Shown here piece after piece: positions 39,339 to 51,287 of a stretch of DNA of 64,000 nucleotides. This stretch comes from Vicinamibacteria bacterium (GTDB taxonomy: Bacteria > Acidobacteriota > Vicinamibacteria > Marinacidobacterales > Marinacidobacteraceae). The position numbers and the translations under genes were made by a program. The notes beneath the pieces are model-generated. The model made no database searches. It saw nothing but the letters and a program-made list of their open reading frames with translations, and had not been told where the DNA came from. Location: the NCBI GenBank assembly GCA_963668695.2, contig CAXXLQ010000004.1:96001-160000 (forward strand), read 5' to 3'. Each line of letters opens with the position of its first letter. The first letter of the stretch is position 1.

Positions 39339-42197
39339 CTAGAACCGGAGGTCGATGCCCACGCGGAATGATCGCGCCGGGAGGATGGCGATCACTTCCT
39401 TGAAGCGGGAGCCGGAGGTCGTCCGGAAGTTGGTCACGGTGCCCGCGTTCAACACGTTCGACACGTCCAGGAGCACCGACAGCGTCGTTCCGCTTGCACC
39501 GACGGTGAAGTCCTTGTCCAGGCGCAGGTCCCAGATGCGCAGGCTCGGGCCGCGGTTGCTCGCGACAGGCTCCGCCGGCATGTTCTCCCGGCCCGCTTCG
39601 GGGAGGCGGGGGGTGATCCGGCGCGCCCACGGGTAGCCGCTGTGGAACCGGTAGGTCGTCGAGGTGCCCAGACCCCACCACGGGGTCTCATACCGTCCGA
39701 CAACCTTGTAGGTGTAGGTGGTCGTGCTTTCGGGGCTGTAGCGACGCCGGTTCGGTCTCCACTCGAAAACGCTGCGGACGTGGACCGGGTCCTGCGGACC
39801 GGTCCGCGAGCTCTCGTCGTAGAACTGGTTGGTCCAGGTGTGGCCGGCCGACGCGAGCAGCATCCACCGGTCCCGGAAGCGGCGATGAACGGCGAGTTCC
39901 AGGGTGTGATGGTCGGCGTCGTGGGCGGGGGTGCCCGCGTCGGGGCCCGGGTTCGTGAGCACGTTGTTCGATGAGACTCCGTCCTCCCGATCGAAGATGT
40001 TGAGCGTCTGGTCGTCCGCGGTGCCCGCCTCGTTGTCCGGCCCCACGTCCACGAAGGTGAACGGGACCGTGTAGGCGACGGCCCGATTGAGGTCCACGAT
40101 CGCGATCTGACGCCTGAGGTTCTTGTAGACCCACGAGACTCTGAGCGACGTGCTCAGGCCGATCTCGCGCTCGAAATGCGCCGACAACTCCTCGCCGTAG
40201 GGCTGCTTGAGGTCGGGGTCCGTGACCTGGCCGCCGGCGCCGCCTTCTGTATCGAGCAGACGCCCGAGTTCGCTGGCGCCATCAAGCACCCGGTTCCCGT
40301 TGAGATCGGCGAACTCCCAGCGCTGCGACGAATAACCGAGCGGGTTGGCGTCTTCGGTGAGGTTGTCGATGGGGTCGAGATAGAAGCGTCCGGCGAAGAC
40401 CTTGAGCACCGTGCTGCCGTCGCCGCTCACGTCCCACGCCACGCCGCCGCGGGGAGCGAACTGGTTCCATGTCACCACGGTTTCGGCTGACACCGAGTCA
40501 ACCGGGAAGAACCCCGTCCGGTTGGGCGTGTTGGTCTCGTCCGGCCATCCCAGCACGTAGTTGTCGTAGCGCACTCCGAGGTTCACCGTGACTCGCGGCG
40601 AGACGTTCCAACTGTCCTGCGCGAAGAAGCCGAAGTTTCGGTTGTGGTTCTCCACATCGATCGGCGTATTGAAGACGTCAACCTCGACGGGAATGCCTTC
40701 CTCGTCGTAGTAGTAGGCGTCTCCGGCGTTGAAGCGGCGGAGCCCGCCAGTGAACTTGTTGACGTCAACGCCTACTTTGAAGGCGTGGTCCCCCGGGGAC
40801 CAGGAGAGACTGCCGCTGAACTGGGGCCTGTGGTCCGTCGTGTTCCGCTGAAGGGGATTCGGCCCGGTCAACTGGCCGGTGGTCAGCTCCTGCCGCCCGG
40901 GCTCGATTCCTTCAACCGACTCGCTCTTGTTCGCCGGATTGGTGCGCAGGTTCGTCGCGTGGTGGAGGCCGACCTGCACGTCGAGGAACATCCGATCCGA
41001 CAGGACGCTCGTCCACTCGATCTTTCCGATGTGCATCCTGCCGATCTGGTACTGCGCGGACTCCGGTGGAACCACCGCGCTGACGCCCCGCTGCGGGTCG
41101 AACTTCTCGCGCCAGGCGTAGTAACCGATCAGGGTGTTGCGTGCGTTGAGCGCGTAGTTGACCTTGGTGCTGACGTTGCGCAGCCGGGTCTGCGCCTCCT
41201 GACCGGGTAACCCGACGATGTTGCGCTGGATGTCGTGCTCGCGGACGCTGGTATAGAACCATGCCTTGCCCCGCCGGATCGGGCCGCCGAAATCGGCGTT
41301 CACGTCATGCATGCTGGTGATGCTGCTGCCCTCCCCGAAGCCGCCGCGAGGCGCCCCGAAGCCGTCCCCGTCCACGCCGCCGGACTCGGCGAGGGCCGAG
41401 GGCACGTTGTCGCTCCGCATGCCGTCGTTTTGGAAACTGAAGTGCGTGCTGCCATGGAAGTCATTCCCACCCGACTTGACCGTGAAGTTCAGCAGCGCGC
41501 CGGGCCCCGAGTTCTCCCCCATGTTGCCCGACGACCCGAGTTCGAACTCCTCGTAGCTGCCGAAGTCGAAATACGCGCTGTTGCTGGTCTGGCTGTTGTT
41601 GGAGCGGACGCCCTCGATATAGGTGACGTGCCCCACGGCGATGCCGTAGGCGCTGAAGCGCGTCTGCGAACCGACGTGCGAGCCGCCCACGTCGACGCCC
41701 TGCATCTCGAAGCCCGGCGCGAGCGTCATCGCGCTCCAGACATCACGGGCCGTCGGGACCGTCGCCAGCGTCTCCCTGTCGAAGCTCGTTCCCGTGGCGG
41801 TGCTCTTGACGTCCACGATCGGCGCCTCAGCCACGACAGTGACCTCTTCGGTGACCCCGCCGGGGGCCAGCGTCGCGTTCACCGTGAGCGTCCTGCGCAG
41901 CGTGAGCCCGATCCCCTCGTGCCGGACGGTCTGGAAACTCGCGAGTTCGAAGGTCACTGAGTAGACGCCCGGCGGGAGCGACACAAAGCGGTACCGGCCG
42001 TTCGTCGCGGTGACGACGGTCCGCGGTTGGACCAGTGCCGGCCCGGCCGCCGTGACCGTAACTCCCGGTAGAACACCGCCGGTCGAGTCGGTCGCGACGC
42101 CGACGATGTCGCCGCGCAGCTCCTGAGCAGCTACCTCAGGAGCGAGGCCACCGATCAGGCAACAACAGAAAACAACAAAACCTGTTAACGCACGCAT
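39339..42197 (-). CDS. TonB-dependent receptor, Oar-like (carboxypeptidase regulatory-like N-domain)
   Basis: DSTGGVLPGVTVT, KSGGNDFHG, FAQDSW...NLGVRYD and APR motifs; C-terminal Phe; ATG 42197 with GGAG RBS. Confidence 0.9.
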   Translation of the reverse strand: MRALTGFVVFCCCLIGGLAPEVAAQELRGDIVGVATDSTGGVLPGVTVTAAGPALVQPRTVVTATNGRYRFVSLPPGVYSVTFELASFQTVRHEGIGLTLRRTLTVNATLAPGGVTEEVTVVAEAPIVDVKSTATGTSFDRETLATVPTARDVWSAMTLAPGFEMQGVDVGGSHVGSQTRFSAYGIAVGHVTYIEGVRSNNSQTSNSAYFDFGSYEEFELGSSGNMGENSGPGALLNFTVKSGGNDFHGSTHFSFQNDGMRSDNVPSALAESGGVDGDGFGAPRGGFGEGSSITSMHDVNADFGGPIRRGKAWFYTSVREHDIQRNIVGLPGQEAQTRLRNVSTKVNYALNARNTLIGYYAWREKFDPQRGVSAVVPPESAQYQIGRMHIGKIEWTSVLSDRMFLDVQVGLHHATNLRTNPANKSESVEGIEPGRQELTTGQLTGPNPLQRNTTDHRPQFSGSLSWSPGDHAFKVGVDVNKFTGGLRRFNAGDAYYYDEEGIPVEVDVFNTPIDVENHNRNFGFFAQDSWNVSPRVTVNLGVRYDNYVLGWPDETNTPNRTGFFPVDSVSAETVVTWNQFAPRGGVAWDVSGDGSTVLKVFAGRFYLDPIDNLTEDANPLGYSSQRWEFADLNGNRVLDGASELGRLLDTEGGAGGQVTDPDLKQPYGEELSAHFEREIGLSTSLRVSWVYKNLRRQIAIVDLNRAVAYTVPFTFVDVGPDNEAGTADDQTLNIFDREDGVSSNNVLTNPGPDAGTPAHDADHHTLELAVHRRFRDRWMLLASAGHTWTNQFYDESSRTGPQDPVHVRSVFEWRPNRRRYSPESTTTYTYKVVGRYETPWWGLGTSTTYRFHSGYPWARRITPRLPEAGRENMPAEPVASNRGPSLRIWDLRLDKDFTVGASGTTLSVLLDVSNVLNAGTVTNFRTTSGSRFKEVIAILPARSFRVGIDLRF

Positions 42198-42334
42198 TTC
42201 ATACTCTCCACGGGACACCCCAACGCTGACAAGAAGCCGACTAGTTTCACTGCCAGGACGACTTACGACGCCGACCCAGCCTCCGCAGCCTCGTTTTCGT
42301 TTACCGGCGAACCCTTTGATCATGAGTCTCCCAG

Positions 42335-42350
42335 CATGCCTATATGCATG
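42335..42350. promoter_or_regulatory. Near-palindromic candidate operator CATGCCTATATGCATG
   Basis: 16-bp palindrome with one mismatched pair in the divergent intergenic region; overlaps a TTGACA on the minus strand. Confidence 0.4.
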
Positions 42351-42685
42351 TCAAACGGGAAGGTTGGCCAGGGCAGATAGCGCTGAGGGGCCCCTTGCGC
42401 TCGTTCCCGAAGGGGGATCCCTTGTACGACCATACTTCGGGGCAGGATCGTACATTGGATCCTTCCACCGGGGAGGTTGTATCGTCGAACGAACCCTGGG
42501 CTCGGCGTCCTCATCGGTCAAACACTGCTGGTACTCTCGCTTCATTCTCGACCGCGCCTCCGCGCACCGAGACGCCCCTGGTGCCTCTCACCATGATCGG
42601 ACCCCATGATCGGACCCCTCGCCACCCCATGATGCTTACCGTGGTGGGACGTGTCGATCGCAGCGGGAGGGGGATCGCGTCGGGG

Positions 42686-43714
42686 ATGAGAAAGGCTGTC
42701 GTCGCCATCACTTTGATGTGCGCTGCCGCCGGCCAGGCGGCAGAGCTGCCCGTGGTCAAGCTCTTCACCACCGGCGGCACGATTCGGAGCCTTGGGTCGG
42801 ATCGCCTGAAGCTCCACGAATACGGCGACGGGCGCATCGACGGCGAGACGATGGTCAAAGACGTGCCCGAGGCCTCCCAACTGGCGCGGATCGAGGTGGA
42901 AGAGATCTCGTCGGTCAGCAGCCGCAACATGGGTGCCGAACAGCAGTTGCACCTCGCTCGACGGATCATGAGCGAGCTGGAGAGGCCGGACGTCGCCGGT
43001 GCGGTCGTCACCCACGGAACCACGACTCTGGAGGAAACGGCCTATTTCCTCCAGCTCACGGTCAAGACGAACAAACCGGTGGTTGTCGTTGGTGCGATGC
43101 GGCCCTGGAGCGCGATCAGCCGGGACGGGCCGCTCAACTACCTGGGCGCGGTCCGCACCGTGCTCACCCCGGAGGCGACCGGCAAGGGCGTCATGGTGCT
43201 GCTCAACGGCACGATCCACTCCGCCCGCTTCGTGACCAAGACGCATACCTACCATGTCGAGACGTTCGTGTCCCGCGAAGTCGGCCCGCTGGGCTTCGCC
43301 GACTCCGATCGCGTGGTGTTCTACCGCTCGCCGGTCACCCGCCACACCAGCGCCACCGAGTTCGACCTCAGCGAGATCGAGTCGCTCCCCCAGGTCGACA
43401 TCGTCTACGGGTATCAGGAGGCCTCCCGCTCCCCCATCGACGCGCTGACGGAGGAGGGTGTGAAAGGCATCGTCCTGGCCGACGACTCGCCGGCCTATCG
43501 CAACGCGCTGCTGGAGGCCAGGGCCGCCGGCGTGGTCGTGGTGCAGGGGAGCCGCAAGGGTGCCGGCCGGGTCGTGCTCAGCGCTCGCGCCGCGGCGCGG
43601 GGCGAGGTCACGGCCGACAATCTCAACCCTCAAAAGGCGCGCATCCTGCTTCGTCTCGCCCTCACCCGGACGACCGACACGAAGGAACTGCAGCGGATCT
43701 TCAATGAGTACTGA
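42686..43714 (+). CDS. Exported L-asparaginase/glutaminase family protein (type II-like)
   Basis: Signal peptide, TTGGTI, HGTTTLEETAYF, VGAMRP, DGPLN and NLNPQKARILL motifs. Confidence 0.88.
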   Translation: MRKAVVAITLMCAAAGQAAELPVVKLFTTGGTIRSLGSDRLKLHEYGDGRIDGETMVKDVPEASQLARIEVEEISSVSSRNMGAEQQLHLARRIMSELERPDVAGAVVTHGTTTLEETAYFLQLTVKTNKPVVVVGAMRPWSAISRDGPLNYLGAVRTVLTPEATGKGVMVLLNGTIHSARFVTKTHTYHVETFVSREVGPLGFADSDRVVFYRSPVTRHTSATEFDLSEIESLPQVDIVYGYQEASRSPIDALTEEGVKGIVLADDSPAYRNALLEARAAGVVVVQGSRKGAGRVVLSARAAARGEVTADNLNPQKARILLRLALTRTTDTKELQRIFNEY

Positions 43715-44861
43715 GGGACCCGAGCCGCGCCGGCGGGTCGCGAAGGGGCGGAGGGCTGTGCTCAGCATCGCCGGGGGAGTCGCGGCGCTCCTGGCGGCGG
43801 CCACTCCGGGCGCTCAGGAAATACCACCGCTGCCGCCGCCGGGCCTCGATCTGCCGCACGTCGTGCTGGTTTCCATGGGCGGAGAGATCGCCAGGAACTG
43901 CGACACCCGCCTCGAGCTTGCCGGCTGCGAGACGAACACCGAGAGCATCGGACCGGAGACCTGGACCCGCGACCTGCCCGATCTGCGACTCGTCGCCCGG
44001 TTGACGACCGAGGACCTGCGGGCTCTCCTGCGGGCTCTCCCGCGTGCCGGTGGGGGATCGACCACGGAGCACTGGTACCGGGTCGCGGGACGCTTGCAGG
44101 AACTCGCCGACGATCCCGGAGTTGACGGCGTCGTCGTCGCCCATGGGACGGCTGGGCTCGCGGACACGGCCTATTTCATGAATCTCGTGGTGCGAACCCG
44201 AAAGCCGCTGGTCTTCGTCGGCGCCCAGCGTCCCTGGAGCGGGATGAGCGGCGATGGCCCGCTCAACCTCTACAACGCGGTTCGGGTGGCCGCGACCCCG
44301 GCTGCCGGCGGCAAAGGGGTGCTGCACGCCACGAACCAGGAGGTGCACGCGGCGCGCGACGTGATGAAGACGAGCGCAAACCGGGTGGACGCTTTCCAGA
44401 GCGTGGACCTCGGGCTGATCGGGGTGGCGGACCCCGACACCGTCAAGTTCTTCTCCGAACCGACCCGCAGACATACCTATCGCTCCGAGTTCCCGCTCGC
44501 GGCGCTCCCGGAAGCGCTTCCCGCGGTGGAGATCGTGACTGCGTATCCGGACGCGCCGGGCCGCGTGATCGATGAACTGGTGGCGGCGGGAGCGAAGGGC
44601 CTGGTGGTCGATGGCGCCGGGCCGGACAGTCTGTCCGGCGGCCAGCTCGAGGCGGTGCGACGTGCGCTGGAAAAGGGCGTCGTCGTCGTCGCCACGGCGC
44701 CCACGCGCGGCGGCCGCGTGCAGCACACGGCTTTCACTCGCGAGTCCGGAATCATCCCCGGCGACAACCTGGCGCCCGGAAAGGCGCGGACGCTGCTCCG
44801 GCTGGCGCTGACGAAGACCACCGACCCCGGGGAGATCCAGCGAATCTTCCAGGAATATTAG
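43704..44861 (+). CDS. Asparaginase-like paralog with altered active-site motifs
   Basis: SMGGEIA in place of TGGTI, HGTAGLADTAYF, GAQRP, DGPLN and NLAPGKAR; overlaps the upstream gene by 11 bp. Confidence 0.82.
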   Translation: MSTEGPEPRRRVAKGRRAVLSIAGGVAALLAAATPGAQEIPPLPPPGLDLPHVVLVSMGGEIARNCDTRLELAGCETNTESIGPETWTRDLPDLRLVARLTTEDLRALLRALPRAGGGSTTEHWYRVAGRLQELADDPGVDGVVVAHGTAGLADTAYFMNLVVRTRKPLVFVGAQRPWSGMSGDGPLNLYNAVRVAATPAAGGKGVLHATNQEVHAARDVMKTSANRVDAFQSVDLGLIGVADPDTVKFFSEPTRRHTYRSEFPLAALPEALPAVEIVTAYPDAPGRVIDELVAAGAKGLVVDGAGPDSLSGGQLEAVRRALEKGVVVVATAPTRGGRVQHTAFTRESGIIPGDNLAPGKARTLLRLALTKTTDPGEIQRIFQEY

Positions 44862-44886
44862 GGACGGCTCCGGACCTCAAGGAACC

Positions 44887-46104
44887 ATGAGACTACGAAA
44901 AAGCACCGCAGGCCTGGCCCTGTTCCTTACCGCGCTGCCTGTGCCGGGTTCCGATGCGATCGCCCGGCAGAACGACGAATCGAGCGTCACGCTTGCCATC
45001 GTGGGTCAGGCACTGATCAAGGTGGATCCGCGAGAACAGTGGCCCAACCCCTTCGCCGGAATCCGACCGATCCTCCGGGATGCCGATGTCGCCTTCACCA
45101 ACTTCGAGATGGCGGTGGACGACGAGTGCGGCGTTCCCCCTGACTACCAGGTCGTGCTCGGCGAGCCCGAGCTCGACGAGGAGCAGCGGCCCGGCAACAC
45201 CGGCGGGCCCCACGCGGTCCGCGAGCACGTGATGGACTTTCTCGCGTCCATGAATTTCGGTCTCCAGTCCCTCGCCAACAACCATTCGTGGGACCTCGGA
45301 GACTGCGGCGTCATGGCGACCATCGCGGCCGCCGAAAAGTACGGCGTGACGCACGCCGGAACCGGAAGAAACCTGGAGGAGGCGACGCAGGCGGCCATCA
45401 TCGAGGTGAAAGGCCTCCGGATCGCGCTGCTGGCGGCGACGACTTCGCTGGATGAGAGAGACCTCATCCTGCCCACGCCGTCCAGCCCGGGGGTGAATGG
45501 CGTCTGGATCGGGCGCCAGGACGACTGGGATCGGAACATCGAGGCCGTCCGTTCCGCCGCGCAGCGGGCCGACTTCGTCATCTACTACCAGCACTTCCAG
45601 ATCACGAATGAGGATCTGTCCGGGGACCGCTCGAGCCGGGTCCAGGGTCATCTCGAGGTCGACGACGTTCAGGATTGGCAGTCCCGCTTCGCAAAGGCCG
45701 TAATCGACGCCGGGGCCGGCATGTTCATCGCGCACGGCGATCGCATCTTCGACGGCGTCGAGATCTACCGGGGCAGCCCGATCATCCGGCAGTTCGGAGG
45801 ATTCGCCTACCAGGGACTCCAGGCGGAGGGCTCCTACGATCCGCTCGTGTGGGAAGGGCTCCTGGGGACTGTGACGATTCGGGCCGGACGCGTGAGCGCC
45901 ATGGAGGTGTTGCCCCTCCGGCTCGACGAGGGGCGGGAGGGCGAATACGGCGGTGAGGTCGAGTTCCGGCAGAAGCGAGGCTTTTCCGACCTGGCCGCGG
46001 CAGAGCAGGGACGCCGGATCCTCGAGCGATTCGCCGAACGCTCCCGAAACTACGGCACGAGCGTGCGGCTCGAAAACGGGCGCGCGCTGATCGAGGGCTG
46101 GTGA
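44887..46104 (+). CDS. CapA/PGA_cap-like exported protein
   Basis: FTNFE, SLANNH, HAGTG and AHG motifs; AGGA RBS. Confidence 0.85.
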   Translation: MRLRKSTAGLALFLTALPVPGSDAIARQNDESSVTLAIVGQALIKVDPREQWPNPFAGIRPILRDADVAFTNFEMAVDDECGVPPDYQVVLGEPELDEEQRPGNTGGPHAVREHVMDFLASMNFGLQSLANNHSWDLGDCGVMATIAAAEKYGVTHAGTGRNLEEATQAAIIEVKGLRIALLAATTSLDERDLILPTPSSPGVNGVWIGRQDDWDRNIEAVRSAAQRADFVIYYQHFQITNEDLSGDRSSRVQGHLEVDDVQDWQSRFAKAVIDAGAGMFIAHGDRIFDGVEIYRGSPIIRQFGGFAYQGLQAEGSYDPLVWEGLLGTVTIRAGRVSAMEVLPLRLDEGREGEYGGEVEFRQKRGFSDLAAAEQGRRILERFAERSRNYGTSVRLENGRALIEGW

Positions 46105-46210
46105 CTGCCCGGGCGGGACGAAAACGCCGCCGACGGAACCGGCCCTGTCAGACCCGCGCCTGTCAGACCCACGCAGAAGCCGCGCGCGGCAGCGCGTCGG
46201 CGCCTGGGCG

Positions 46211-49066
<2,856 letters not shown>

Positions 49067-49192
49067 GGATCGGGGGCGGGGATTGTAGGTGGGAGCGCCG
49101 ATCTACAGCCGGGATCGGCTGCCCCCAGGCGAACGAAAAGCGCCAACACAGCAACCGGAAGCAGGTGAAGGACGGGATAGATTCTCCGCCGG

Positions 49193-49996
49193 ATGGCGAA
49201 AGACCACACCGAGATCCCGGTCCTCGCCGGTCTGGGCCCGGACCCGATCCGGATCCACCACCCGGAGGGCGCGTTCGTCCCGACGCCGGCGAGCCGGGTG
49301 GCGCTTCGCGCCATCGGCCGGCAGGCGGATCGGTTTCAGGGACGGGGACTCGACTGGGGCAGCGGGTCGGGCATTCTGGCGATCGTCGCCGGCCGGATCG
49401 CTGCCGTGGAGGAGGTGCTCGGGCTGGAGCTCGACCCGCGGGGCGTGGCCGCGGCCCGGGAGAATGCCCGGCGGAACGGGATCGAGGACAAGGTCCGGTT
49501 CGTCGCATCGGACTCCTACCAGCCCGTCTCGCCAGCAGGCGCCAGGACGCTCGAGCGGTTTCGCGGCGCCACCGACTTCATCATCGCGAATCCGCCCTCG
49601 TCCAGTCCGCAAGGAGACGGCTTCGAGTTCCGGCGGGTCGTTATGCGAGGGGCCCGGGACTACCTCAAAACGGGCGGATTCCTGCTCCTGAGTGTCTCGA
49701 CGCAGTACGGTGAGGAGCGGGTTCGAGGGCTCGTGCGCGCGAATCCCGGATTCGTCCACGACGGGGTGGCCGCCAGCAGCGACTGGGTTCCCTTCGACAT
49801 GGAACGCCCCGATCTGCGCCAGGACGTGCTCACCTACGCCCGCGAGGAAGAACGCGGGGGCCTGCGCTACGCGTTCCGCGATCCCCGCGATCCGGAGCGG
49901 GAAATGGCCGCGGTGGAAGCCTGGAAGCGGCACGAAACGGACGGGGAAAGCCCGCTCTCACGCTGGCAGAACCATCTGCTGGTCTGGACGGGGTGA
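49193..49996 (+). CDS. Class I SAM-dependent methyltransferase (PrmC/HemK-like motifs)
   Basis: LDWGSGSG SAM-binding motif and IIANPP. Confidence 0.8.
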   Translation: MAKDHTEIPVLAGLGPDPIRIHHPEGAFVPTPASRVALRAIGRQADRFQGRGLDWGSGSGILAIVAGRIAAVEEVLGLELDPRGVAAARENARRNGIEDKVRFVASDSYQPVSPAGARTLERFRGATDFIIANPPSSSPQGDGFEFRRVVMRGARDYLKTGGFLLLSVSTQYGEERVRGLVRANPGFVHDGVAASSDWVPFDMERPDLRQDVLTYAREEERGGLRYAFRDPRDPEREMAAVEAWKRHETDGESPLSRWQNHLLVWTG

Positions 49997-50033
49997 GATA
50001 GGCGAGACCCCGACCGCAGTGACGGCGCGAAGA

Positions 50034-50099
50034 AGGGAACGCCGGCCAGCTCTCCCGGTGGGGGCCTTCAGACCGGCACCGCGGCCCGCAGGGTCGCGA
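50034..50099 (+). repeat. Left ~66-bp REP-like inverted repeat of the ATPase/nuclease cassette
   Basis: Near-identical to the reverse complement of 52994-53060. Confidence 0.85.
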
Positions 50100-50146
50100 A
50101 AGAGCGCTCTGCCAACTTTCGTGAAACGCGCTGCCGGAGCGGTACG

Positions 50147-50701
50147 TCACCCAAACACGTCGAACCGGCGAAGCGCGTCCTGCTGGGCTTCCGTGAGTTC
50201 CAGCGGGGTACCGGGACAAGCAGGAAAGATGCGGGCGCGGTCCCATTCCCCCGTCCGGACGCTCGTCGCGGTGCCCACTTTCACGCCCCGCTCCAAGAGC
50301 CGAGCGACCAGCGGCGCGGCCCTGAACAGGAACACCTCCTTGATTCCCCATGGACGGCCAGTTCCCCGCGAAGTGGCGGCCGAAGATTTGGGACCCGCAA
50401 GGACCAAGTAGTAACTCGGAAGGCGTTCCGGGTTGATATCAAGGATCCCCTCCCTTCTGCCGTACATCTTGATGTCAACTGATGCTCCGGCCCGGGGACG
50501 GGAGCGGAATTGCCCGTCGCTCCCCGGGTTGGTCGCCGACTGCTCCAGCTCGATGTCGAAGATCCGGGAGGCGATGAACTCACCGATATGTCCAAGCAGG
50601 GCCGGCCGGCCGATCACCCCGGTGATCGCGACCTCGTTTACATTGCGCTCGCGAATCAACTCCGCGAGTTTCTGGAGGTCCTTCTCGTGGTTCTGATTCA
50701 C
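50147..50701 (-). CDS. Hypothetical protein, possible PD-(D/E)XK nuclease-like fold (DUF6998-like)
   Basis: GHIGEFIA...PGSDG...VDIK motif pattern; lower GC than flanking genes. Confidence 0.6.
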   Translation of the reverse strand: MNQNHEKDLQKLAELIRERNVNEVAITGVIGRPALLGHIGEFIASRIFDIELEQSATNPGSDGQFRSRPRAGASVDIKMYGRREGILDINPERLPSYYLVLAGPKSSAATSRGTGRPWGIKEVFLFRAAPLVARLLERGVKVGTATSVRTGEWDRARIFPACPGTPLELTEAQQDALRRFDVFG

Positions 50702-50738
50702 CCCGATCAGGTTCCTGGAACCGCAGCGCCCTCGTGTC

Positions 50739-51287
50739 TCAGGCGCCCGTCAGATCCGACAAGTCCAGTTCCGTTCCCAAAACGGATCGGACGACAATCT
50801 CCCGGTAGGACTCTTCCGACACTCTTCGAGCGGACACCCGTGCCGTCTGCTTGCGAAACCGCAGCGCGGCCCGCTCGAACACGGCCACGTAGGAAACGGG
50901 TATGTCGCCATCCCGTGAGCCTCCAGCTTCGACGAGGCACAAGGCGTCCAGATAACGCCATAGAGGAAGGGATCGACGGAGTTGTTCCTTGGCCTTCGAG
51001 TCTTCTTCGGCAAGGGTCTTCTTCAACTCCACAAGAATCACATGCGTGCCCGAAGCGGCCTCGCAGACGAGCAGGTAGTCGCACGAACTCTTCCAGGGCC
51101 CATCGGCAACCCTGGACACTCCGAACTTCGCCAGGTGGACGGGGGTGACCTCTGCATCTCCTACGGTGAGCGCCACCTCCATTTGGGCCTTGCGCTCTTC
51201 CAGAACGATGACTCCATCTTCCTCCCGAACTCCCAAGGCCTTGTCGTCCAACATCTTGCGAAGCAGAGGCCCAATCGTTGCGGTCAT
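50739..51287 (-). CDS. Hypothetical protein, possible PD-(D/E)XK nuclease partner of the ATPase
   Basis: CDYLL...LVELK...AKEQL motif; TGATG overlap with the ATPase stop. Confidence 0.65.
   Translation of the reverse strand: MTATIGPLLRKMLDDKALGVREEDGVIVLEERKAQMEVALTVGDAEVTPVHLAKFGVSRVADGPWKSSCDYLLVCEAASGTHVILVELKKTLAEEDSKAKEQLRRSLPLWRYLDALCLVEAGGSRDGDIPVSYVAVFERAALRFRKQTARVSARRVSEESYREIVVRSVLGTELDLSDLTGA

Noticed and set aside
34606-46104. Poly-gamma-glutamate capsule biosynthesis operon
   Set aside because: No capB/pgsB ligase or capC/pgsC gene is present; the neighbours are hydrolases and an importer.
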